Shown here: in pieces, positions 54,240 through 64,000 of the stretch
Numbering within the stretch: the stretch's first letter is position 1
How the letters are laid out: each line of letters begins with the position of its first letter
Origin: Octopus sinensis
Lineage: Eukaryota
Assembly: GCF_006345805.1 (NCBI RefSeq)
Contig: NC_043008.1
Span: forward strand, 23,188,001-23,252,000
DNA: 64,000 bases
Direction of reading: 5' to 3'
Translations under genes and position numbers: made by a program
The notes under the pieces: model-generated
The model's database searches: none
Told to the model about the DNA's origin: nothing
Seen by the model: the letters and a program-made list of their open reading frames with translations, nothing else

Positions 54240-55150
54240 TGACTTTTGGTGGAATCCATTCAAGTCCAACAAAAGCTCCAATGGTGTCCCTCAGGGGAGT
54301 GTTTTGGGCCCGCTTCTGTTTATAGTCTATATAAACAACATCTCAAATGTCACCAAACACAGCAAAGTAAAAATATTCACAGATGACTCCAAGCTCCAGA
54401 AAATAATTAATGGAGAAGAAGACTGAACTGAACTCCAGTCTGATCTGCATGCTGTAAGCCAATGGGTTGACAAAAACAAAATGTGGTTAAATTTGGACTG
54501 ATGCATTTTGCAAAAAAGACTATGCTCAAACAACCATATTCTCTTCCTTCAGGGGAACCACTCATAGCATCCAATCGTATAAGAGTGATTATTGACGATC
54601 TCAGCTGGAGTACGCACATCAACAATAAAGTCAATAAAGCTCATAGGATGAGCTCCTGGATCCTTAGAACTTGCCAGTCCAGAAAGCAAGATTTCATCAT
54701 CCCTTTCTTCTCCTGACTACAGCCACACTGATGTCCCCCTGTAGTCTCCCCACACAGAACAAAACATTACGAGAATTGAGTCACCCAAGAGAGCATTCAC
54801 TAAAAAAATTAAAGGCATGACTGATCTTGAATGTTGGGACTGCCTTAAAATATTGAAACCTTATTCTCTCCATTGTTGACATGAGTGTTACATCATTTGC
54901 TCACTGTGGAGAATATACCACCAGCATTATCCAAATGACCTTAATATTAGATTCTGAATTCATCTTAGGCTGGGGCCACACAATTCAAAATCACAACACA
55001 TAAATTCACTGCAACACAGTTTCTTTTCCTCAACTGGCCCTGCTCTATTTGACAGTATCGCAAAACAAATTAAAGAAGGTCCCATCACCTTCAAATGAAG
55101 CTTGGATAAATTTCTTCAAAGGATACCTGATAAGTCACCTAAACCCAAAT
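54240..55150 (+). mobile_element. CR1/L2-group LINE 3' fragment
   Basis: GVPQGSVLGPLLFIVYINNI, KIFTDDSK, DDLSWSTHINNKVNKA and IE..QRAFTK.I.G remnants. Confidence 0.8.
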
Positions 55151-55159
55151 GATTAGACC

Positions 55160-56982
55160 CTGTTACAGTTGCTGTTGCAGTTACTGTTGGCTGTAGCCAG
55201 TATTGTGTTTGGATTTATTGGATTTATTTTACCAATTACCGGAAAAAAAAAAGATTCATGCCAAGGACCATATTCACATTTGGCCGGGAGTACCTGTTGG
55301 CCAAGAAATTGGATTTTTGCTGTGTGGATTGTTTTTCTTTTTTTCCGTCTATCTTTCCTGATTTTATCTTTCTTTTTGAACTGTTTATTTATTTTTTTGA
55401 CTTTCTTTGTTATATTTTTTTTTGACTGTTTCTGTTAACTTTTTGTGTACCTTTTTGGACGTTTTCTCTGACCTTTGAACATTCTTTGAACTTTTAAAAC
55501 CTTTTTTGGCACATGGCAAAAATAAACGGTGCCTCTGCTTTGGAATGGGAGGTGGTTCCTCCCAAGCAGTGGATTAAAGATCTTGAGAAAAGGACGGTGG
55601 TACTATGGACCTATTCTAGGTCGCAAGATTGTGACAGAGAAAGAATTGGCAGACTGCCTGCCAACTATAAAATTTATTCCACAGGGGATCAAATTTGCAA
55701 TGGTCTGGTTGCTATTTGGTACCCTCCGAGGAAGCTGGCAGATTTGCCAGCGAGCCCCTTGAGGGGCAAGAAATTTTGTTCCTCCCCACTTATTGTGGGA
55801 GGAGGGTGATCAAAAGCCTGGGTATGTGGGCTACCTCTGGGCACAGAAGCAGGATGGATTTGTGATACCATCCGGTAGGGGCTGGGGGATAGCGGGCTCA
55901 GGCTCTTAAATGTGAGAATGATGCCAGCGGTTGACTGGGAGGGGGTCAAAAGCAATTTCGACCTTATGGACCCCATCGGCCGCAGGTGAAATGGTATTCT
56001 CAGACTTCTTAAAAATGGCTGGCTGCAGGTATCCAGTGATATTTGAGAATCGCTCCCCCAAGTGTCACTCGTGCCTGGAGCCAGGCCACATTAGGAAGGC
56101 GTGCCCCCGGGGCCGTAACATGGCCCTAGTACAGGAAAGTAATGTGCCCACCCCCATCCCCTGTGGCGGGGGAGAAGGTGGAAGTCGTGGAGGAAGTTGC
56201 CTCCACAAAGAGAAAAAGAAAGGTGAGCAACCAACAATGGTTGCTCACCAAATAATGTGCAGGCGGCACAAGAGGCGGAGGGAGATAGTGTCCCCCTGTG
56301 TTCACCAACGCAGGCCCCTGCCCCCGCAGCCGCAAAGAGAAAGAGGAAAAGGAGGAGCAGGACAGTTGGCGGATGGCCCTGTGCCACCTATTGAAGTGCC
56401 AGTGGGATGTGTACCACTGGTGCGTGAGGCTCTATCAGTGGGAGTTGTGCCACTGACAGAGCAGACAGAGACCTCTCCCCCTGAAGAGGAGGAGGATTTT
56501 ATCCTCCTTTACCTCAAGGGGGGGGGGCTGTCAATGAATACTTGGGTGGCTTGGGCAATTGAGAACGCGTGTTCTCAGCATGTTCAAGCAGTCCAAGGTG
56601 GCCTCCGCAGGTAACTGCGGAGGTGGTGAGTTATAAATTGTGGCACTGTGGGACACAAATATTTGATAAAAGGCACTTCACCTTCTTCTTTCTGAACTCC
56701 CGGCTGTCAACGCGGTCTGCTCTGCAGGTGGCTAGATATTTGACTGGCGGTCCGGAAGGGGGAGGAACGGAAATGTGATAGTGTATTTTTGATGTTTGAT
56801 TGACTTTGTAATTTTTAAGTAATAAAAGAACCTGTGATTTCGAAGGGTGTTCGGTCTACGAGCGCTGAATACCCTTCCCATTTACATCATTCGTATTTGT
56901 CATTTTCATCTCATTAATGTATATGTCCAGCCCACATTGCTTCTCTGTAAGGCCTTTATGGCCAATTTGATAAAATAAAGAA
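55160..56982 (+). mobile_element. Non-autonomous L1/Tx1-like element carrying only a gag-like ORF1
   Basis: T-rich 5' leader. Broken ORF from ATG 55513 with a CCHC knuckle (CHSCLEPGHIRKAC) and a basic/Pro-rich tail. GC-richer than the flanks. 3' end with AATAAA signals. No EN or RT remnants. Confidence 0.6.
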
Positions 56983-57537
56983 GCTTGCTTCCCAACCACA
57001 TGGTACCGGGTTCAGTCCCACTGCATGGCACTTTGGGCAAATGTCTTCTACTATAGCCTCAGGCCTACCAAAGCCTTGTGAGTGGATTTGGTAGATGGAA
57101 ACTGAAAGAAGCCCATCGTATATATATATATATAGGAAGAGTTTACGAAAAAAACAAAAGACGAAGACAGATGGTGCACAAAACAAATAGATGTATTAGT
57201 ATAATGCTCAGGAATAGAAAAAGTCTTTTTCGTTTTAAGCCTACGCTCTTCTACAGAGAGGGACACAGAAAAAACAAGGAGAGAAAACAAATGTGTGTAG
57301 TGGCTAACGATCTATCATGATATATATGTATATATTTGTGTGCCTATCTTTGTCTCCCCAACATCGGTTGACAACCGATGTTGGTGTGTTTATGTCCCCG
57401 TAACTTAGTCGTTCAGCAAAAGTAACTGATAGAATAAGTACTAGGCTTACAAGGAATAAGTCCTAGGGTTGATTTGTTCGACTAAAAGCAGTGCTCCAGC
57501 CTGGCCGCAGCTAGTTGGCTGAAGCAAATAAAAGAAT
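56976..57537 (+). mobile_element. tRNA-derived SINE, 5'-clipped, with a ~185-bp insert in its (TA)n
   Basis: Matches the SINE at 40592 from aagcttgcttcccaaccacatgg onward. 57135-57320 is absent from the other copies. Confidence 0.82.
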
Positions 57538-57567
57538 ATCTGTGTGTGTGTATGTGTTTGTATATAT

Positions 57568-58030
57568 CATCATCATCATCATCATCATCATCATCGTTTA
57601 ACATCCCTTTTCCGTGTTGGCATGGGTTGGGTGGTTTGACAGGGGACTGGCAAGCCATGAGGCTGCACTAGGCTTCAGTCTAATTTGGCAATGTTTCTAC
57701 TGCTGGATGCCCTTCCTAACACCAACCACTCCAAGTATGTAGTGGGTGCTTTTTATGTGCCACTGGTATGGGAGCCAGTCAGGCAGTACAGGCATCAGCC
57801 ATGTTTGGACGGTGCTTTTTACATGCTACCGGCAAAGGAACCAGTCAGGGGTGGGGAACTGGCATTAACCACATTTGGATGGTGCTTTTTACATACCAAC
57901 GTCACAGGGAGCCAGTCAGGTGGCATTGGCAATGACCCATGCATGAATGGTGCTTATTACATGCCACCAGCACGAGAGCCAGTCAGGTGGTACTGGCATC
58001 AGCCACAACTACAATTTCCATTTTTGATTT
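57568..58030 (-). mobile_element. RTE family A 3' UTR/tail fragment with internal ~55-bp repeats
   Basis: (CAT)n tail. Reverse complement of 3500-3748 (aagggcatccagc.gtagaaac, aaaagcaccca). Repeated ggtgctttttacatgc...gagccagtcagg. Confidence 0.8.
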
Positions 58031-58046
58031 TGATATATATTATCAT

Positions 58047-58090
<44 letters not shown>

Positions 58091-58256
58091 ATTAAATTAG
58101 AGATAAAACCACTATTAGGCAAATCAAACAGTGAAAAACATAAACCAAAACATAAAAGTAAAAATAATATAATATACAAAATATATAAAAATATAAAATT
58201 TATATATATATAGATATATATACGATTTAATTAAAGGACACAATACATGTCTTTAA

Positions 58257-58311
58257 GTGCTACTAATAGTTTCATATGTTGAGAAATATTTCAGACATAT
58301 TCATCAGGCAC
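58257..58311 (-). ncRNA. Minimal type I hammerhead ribozyme with intact core
   Basis: Minus strand: GUGC-CUGAUGA-AUAUGU[cugaaauauuucuca]ACAUAU-GAAA-CU[auu]AG-UA|GCAC. Stems I, II and III all pair, and the cleavage triplet is GUA. Confidence 0.85.
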
Positions 58312-58541
58312 AAACCACATATCATAATGAACTAAACAATTTGAATAAGGGAAGAAATGCTAAAAAATTAAGAAGGCAACATGTAGAAAACGTGGATGGA
58401 TAAAAAAAATAGAAAATGAAAAATGGAAAATGAAAACACAAAACTTAAAATGTAAAAATGTATTGTGTCCTTTAAATAAATAATATTTATCTCTCACCAG
58501 AGAGTAATTATTTTGTTGAATTTTCTATCACAGAACAGTAC

Positions 58542-58580
<39 letters not shown>

Positions 58581-58622
58581 GAAAGAATGGAGTCGAACGA
58601 CGATTTTAACAAAATTCTTTTA

Positions 58623-58705
58623 CTCTCGACACATGTTTCGAAGGCTGCATATTCCTAATTCCGAAGGAATAAAGGGTGCATTATGCCGCCATCTCATCAG
58701 GAAAG
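58623..58705 (-). ncRNA. Type I hammerhead ribozyme in the PLE terminal repeat (left arm)
   Basis: Minus strand: CUUUC-CUGAUGA-GAuGGCgGCAUA...UAUGCaGCCuUC-GAAA-C[AUGU]G-UC|GAGAG. Stem III is minimal, with palindromic ACAUGU. Confidence 0.82.
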
Positions 58706-61700
58706 ACAAGGAACTTATGTCAGCACCATGAAGAGCAAAAACTTTTAGATGACTGCCCACATGATGTCCACAGTAATAATGAGTGTTTCTTTAAAATATC
58801 CCGTTATAAGCAATGACATCAAAGTTGGTTGGATGGAGAATGTTCTGAAGAGTTTAAGAGTTCAAATTTGGTTGGGAGGAGAAAGCTCTAGGAAGGGGAT
58901 AGAGTGCAAGCTGTATTGTATGGGGATGCGTTCATGCTTGTATGTGTGTGTGTGCGTGACTGTGTGTGTAGGGTGACAAATATCAGAAACATTTAGTAGT
59001 GAGGTGACAGATTTGTGTCTGTGTGTTCGATTGTGGGTATGATAGATAGAGAGAGAGAGAGAGAAAGAGAGAGAGGTGGGGAGATGCAGAGAAAAAGAGG
59101 AAAACATATCCCAACAAATTTAGTAGTAATTCTTCATGTAACGTAGTAGAAAAAAAGAAATTGTCTATGGTGGTGTTGTAGAAGTGAAACTAAATTATTA
59201 AAATCAAAGAGGTTATCTATACTAATCATCATTCATATGAGAGGAAAGTATGTCTCTGCCAATGTTTGCACTTATAGGATTTTTCTATAATTGTGTTTAC
59301 CAAGGGGAATTTGGAGAAAAGGATAAAGAAGAGTTCGGAATTACAAAGGCCACAGAATTTCCTGTCCTTATCAAAAGGAAAAGATACAGATAATATGGAC
59401 CAGTCCAGTTTGAAAGTTATATTGCTGTCCTTAAGACGCCATACTTATTTACTTAGTCCTGTACTCTGTTGTTTTCTCTTATCTCAGAAAGTTGAATAAT
59501 GATTAGAAATTCTCTGGGGCAAACAAGAAGTTGTCGCGCCAATATAGAAGAAGACACCGGCCCTGGAAGAAATCCTACACTGGTAAATGGAGTTTTTAAT
59601 TTTGGAATTACTGGATAAGAATTTTAATCTGTTAGGGTTTTCCTCCGAGATTAAAACGGAGTTTCTATTGTTCTGATTGCTGTTAACATTACTGCTAGCG
59701 TTGATCACTACACTATTTCTATTATTGTTATTATTATTAGTTGTACTATCACCGGCAATATCCCTGACAATAGAAATGCTGTCGTTGCTACCATCAACAC
59801 TACCACTGTTATTAATTTGACTAATACTATTACTAATATTACCATTGTTAATACTAACGCTGCTACGAATGTTGTTATTATCAATACTACCTCTATCATT
59901 ACTATTGTATGTTTGGTTGGAATTGGTGAGAATAGTGTTGTAACTCCCGGGTGAAGAATCTTTGTTTAGCAGCTTATTATTATGGGAGGCAATAATTTGC
60001 GAAAGATTTTTAGTATTAGAGAATGCAATCCTTACCCTATGCAAATTGATAATCGAGTAATACCTAGAATCCCTGGGAAATTTCTTAGCTACGGCCTCAC
60101 GGAACTGTAAAGGAAGGTTTGATTTGATTTGCTTCCCGAAAGGTATAACAAACCAGATATAGTTTTTTGTGGATTTAGAATTGGTCATATTGCTACCATT
60201 GACAGTAAAGGGAAAATTTCTATGTTGGAAATTTGGGGTTGGTTGTCTATTTCCTCCTCTGGTCTGTAAATTACTTTTCTTATGTACAGAAATAGTGAGA
60301 ATAATGATTCCAGCTCTAACAATGTCGGCACCCCTGTACATAAGAAAAGTAATTTACGGACCAGGGGAGGAAATAGACAACCAACCCCAAATTTCCAACA
60401 TAGAAATTTTCCTTTTACTGTCAATGGTAGCAATATGACCAATTCTAAATCCACAAAAAACTATATCTGGTTTGTTATACCTTTCGGGAAGCAAATCAAA
60501 TCAAACCTTCCTTTACAGTTCCGTGAGGCCGTAGCTAAGAAATTTCCCAGGGATTCTAGGTATTACTCGATTATCAATTTGCATAGGGTAAGGATTGCAT
60601 TCTCTAATACTAAAAATCTTTCGCAATTATTGCCTCCCATAATAATAAGCTGCTAAACAAAGATTCTTCACCCGGGAGTTACAACACTATTCTCACCAAT
60701 TCCAACCAAACATACAATAGTAATGATAGAGGTAGTATTGATAATAACAACATTCGTAGCAGCGTTAGTATTAACAATGGTAATATTAGTAATAGTATTA
60801 GTCAAATTAATAACAGTGGTAGTGTTGATGGTAGCAACGACAGCATTTCTATTGTCAGGGATATTGCCGGTGATAGTACAACTAATAATAATAACAATAA
60901 TAGAAATAGTGTAGTGATCAACGCTAGCAGTAATGTTAACAGCAATCAGAACAACAGAAACTCCGTTTTAATCTCGGAGGAAAACCCTAACAGATTAAAA
61001 TTCTTATCCAGTAATTCCAAAATTAAAAACTCCATTTACCAGTGTAGGATTTCTTCCAGTACCGGTGTCTTCTTCTATATTGGCGCGACAACTTCTCGTT
61101 TGTCCCAGAGAATTTCCAATCATTATTCAACTTTCTGAGATAAGAGAAAACAACAGAGTACAGGACAGCAATATAACTTTCAAACTGGACTGGTCTGGTC
61201 CATATTATCTGTATCTTTTCCTTTTGATAAGGACAGGAAATTCTGTGGCCTTTGTAATTCCGAACTCTTCTTTATCCTTTCTCCAAATTCCCCTTGGTAA
61301 ACACAATTATAGAAAAATCCTATAAGTGCAAACATTGGCAGAGACATACTTTCCTCTCATATGAATGATGATTAGTATAGATAACCTCTTTGATTTTAAT
61401 AATTTAGTTTCACTTCTACAACACCACCATAGACAATTTCTTTTTTTCTACTACGTTACATGAAGAATTACTACTAAATTTGTTGGGATATGTTTTCCTC
61501 TTTTTCTCTGCATCTCCCCACCTCTCTCTCTTTCTCTCTCTCTCTCTATCTGTCATACCCACAATCGAACACAGACACAAATCTGTCACCTCACTACTAA
61601 ATGTTTCTGATATTTGTCACCCTACACACACAGTCACGCACACACACACATACAGGCATGAACGCATCCCCATACAATACAGCTTGCACTCTATCTCCTT

Positions 61701-61887
61701 CCTAGAGCTTTCTCCTCCCAACCAAATTTGAACTCTTAAACTCTTCAGAACATTCTCCATCCAACCAACTTTGATGTCATTGCTTATAACAGGATATTTT
61801 AAAGAAACACTCATTATTACTGTGGACATCATGTGGGCAGTCATCTAAAAGTTTTTGCTCTTCATGGTGCTGACATAAGTTCCTTGT

Positions 61888-61970
61888 CTTTCCTGATGAG
61901 ATGGCAGCATAATGCACCCTTTATTCCTTCGGAATTAGGAATATGCAGCCTTCGAAACATGTGTCAAGAG
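61888..61970 (+). ncRNA. Type I hammerhead ribozyme in the PLE terminal repeat (right arm)
   Basis: ctttc-CTGATGA(61893-99)...C-GAAA-catgt-GTC(61963-65)|aagag. Core intact. The first stem I pair is lost (G>A) relative to the left copy. Confidence 0.75.
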
Positions 61971-62186
61971 TAAAGGAATTTTGTTAAAATCGTCGTTCGA
62001 CTCCATTCTTTCATTTATTCATAGTTTAAAAAAACACACAAATTTACACACGAGAACACAGGATCCCTGCCCTTGGCATATAGCTTCAACCGTGTTTTCT
62101 GATGTGAATTTGCTACCCAGGTATCGGTTAACCGAATTATCCATACTAGGATAATTCATTCACCTTCTTAAATATATATATATATA

Positions 62187-62357
62187 GGCGTAGGAGTGGG
62201 TGTGTGGTAAATAGCTTACTTACGAACTACATGGTTCCAGATGCACTCCCACTGCGTGGCACCTTGGGCAAGTGTTTTCTACTATAGCCTCGGGCCGACC
62301 AAAGCCTTGTGTGTGGATTTGGTAGACGGAAACTGAAAGAAGCCCCTCGTATATATG

Positions 62358-62389
<32 letters not shown>

Positions 62390-62636
62390 CATATATATGT
62401 GTGTGTGTGTGTGTGTGTATATATATGTTTGTGTGTCTGTGTTTGTCCCTCCAACATCGCTTGACAAGTGATGCTGGTGTGTTTACGTCCCTGTAACTTA
62501 GCGTTTTGGCAAAAGAGACCGATAGAATAAGTACTAGGCTTACAAAGAATAAATCCTGGGGTCGATTTGCTCAACTAAAGGCGTTGCTCCAAAATGGCCA
62601 CAGTCACATGACTGAAATAAGTAAAAGAGTAAAGAG
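62187..62636 (+). mobile_element. tRNA-derived SINE, full length
   Basis: Same family as 40592-41009, flanked by (TA)n. Confidence 0.88.
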
Positions 62637-62650
62637 TATATATACATATA

Positions 62651-63395
62651 CGGGGAGATACCAAAAAGTAACTGGAAACGTTTTCTGTGGGACAAGCCCA
62701 TTGTTGTTCAGGCTTCTGCCACTAGAACCCACTTGATGTGACCCTTAAATATCAGTCTGCTGACTAGCAGTATTATGTGGGCTCGTACTGCCACATGGTG
62801 TGTCTTTGTTTTGCAGTGCTTTTCCCTTGTTCATTGATTTTTGCAATGACTGAAACAAAGAAACAATCTGCTACCATGAAATTCTGTTTCCTGCCTGGAA
62901 AACAGCAACTGAAACAGTTGTCATGCATCAAACAGCTTACAAGAATGCTACCATGAGCAAAATACAAGTTTGTGAGTGGTTTTCATACTTAGGAATAGTC
63001 ATTTGTTGTTTGAAGTCCAATGTCATCCAGGGTGACTGTTAATCTCTCGAATGAAAACATCATGAAAATTCATGAACTGACTTTGTAGGACTGTTACCAA
63101 ACAATTGACGAACCTTTTGATATGACAGGTGTGTCCTGAATCTCCTACTAATCAATTTTGGAATTGCGAATGAAAAGAGTTACAGGAAAATTTGTGCCTT
63201 GCTTGTTCATGGAAGATCAAGAGTAGTCATGACTGAATGGGTGTTGTGAACTGAAGAAACAGTTGGAAGTTGCCTCAGACCGTTTTTTTGAAGGTCATCA
63301 CCGGTAACAAAAGTTGGTGCTCCAGTTACGACCTGGAAGCAGCAATCAAATCAATGGAAGCATTCAATGTCACCATGCCCCCAAAATGCATGTCC
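62651..63395 (+). mobile_element. Mariner-type transposon 5' half, decayed
   Basis: Starts TA|CGGGGAGAT. Remnants MKFCFL.GKTATET, VCEWF, VITG.KSW...YD.E and QS.QWKH..SP.P. Confidence 0.75.
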
Positions 63396-64000
63396 TGTGT
63401 AGTTACTGATTTGTGAATTGCTGAAATTAGTATTATTTGTTCTTTTAGTAAGGTATTGGTTATGGTGCTCATATTGATTAAGTTGATTATTATGTTTATT
63501 GCTGTTGTAGGATTTATGTCTATTGCTAATGTTGCCCTGATGACTATTATTGAGAGTTTTTGTTTGTCGGGGTGTACTAATTCACCAGTTGACTTAGGTT
63601 CATTATCATTTCTATGATAAATGACTTACTGGGAGTTTAAATTACTTAGCTACTTATTATTATATAGGAGGAACGTACCTCAAATATTTCTCATTCATAT
63701 TTTCAAATAACCATTATCTGCATCAGTTTTAGTTTATACCCAACTAGACTCAACAACATTTTTTAGTTTGCTCTCAATTTTTCATAAGGATAAAATATGT
63801 ATATCCAAATTTTGTTATCTGTTATTTCCTTCATCAAGTCTTCTGTAATAATAATTCTTGTTGTATACTTTTTGCACTGAGGAGAACAGTGATATGTAAT
63901 TAATTTAATTTAATCAAATTAATTTTAATTATTCTACCATGTTATTTACATGTTAATATCACTGTTCAAAATGAGTGTATGCATGTATTAAAACTCTTTT

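Larger units (their letters stand above)
58575..62018. mobile_element. Inverted pair of 5'-truncated Penelope-like elements forming a 3.4-kb palindrome
   Basis: Arms 58575-60289 and 60334-62018 with a 44-nt spacer. Each arm encodes YIWFVIPF...RIAFSNTKNL, an Asn/Ser linker and GIY-YIG (SIYQC...FFYIGAT...RISNH), pointing outward. The right unit runs on to about 62172. (TA)n lies at both outer flanks. Confidence 0.92.

Noticed and set aside
29234-64000. Next IQCH exon (expected G.R.....AA..IQ..W)
   Set aside because: No AG-flanked phase-0 segment with such a translation was found by eye. It is probably beyond the window, though a diverged exon could have been missed.

Overview
AT-rich eukaryotic genomic DNA. 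The SINE/LINE repertoire and the abundant (TA)n/(CA)n microsatellites point to an octopod cephalopod (inference). Only four short coding exons of a + strand host gene are visible: 3849-4048, 5069-5199, 6105-6182 and 29125-29233. They splice in frame and resemble IQCH. The rest is intronic repeat: several RTE-clade LINE copies, including a near-intact nested RTE with an 11-bp TSD; a Chapaev3-like DNA transposon with a TAA TSD; Tc1/mariner and hAT relics; tRNA-derived SINEs; a head-to-tail Helitron-like array; a CR1-like fragment; an ORF1-only L1/Tx1-like element; an R4/Dong-like element sitting in the (AAT)n tract of a Penelope-like element (PLE); and further PLE pieces. Two things stand out. 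First, hammerhead-ribozyme motifs occur in at least 4-5 unrelated repeat contexts, two with intact cores and stems (58257-58311 and 58623-58705). Second, six fold-back inverted repeats lie in one intron, from about 110 bp up to a 3.4-kb PLE palindrome with a hammerhead near each end. Repeat boundaries were read by eye and are approximate unless a TSD or junction is quoted. No database searches were run.
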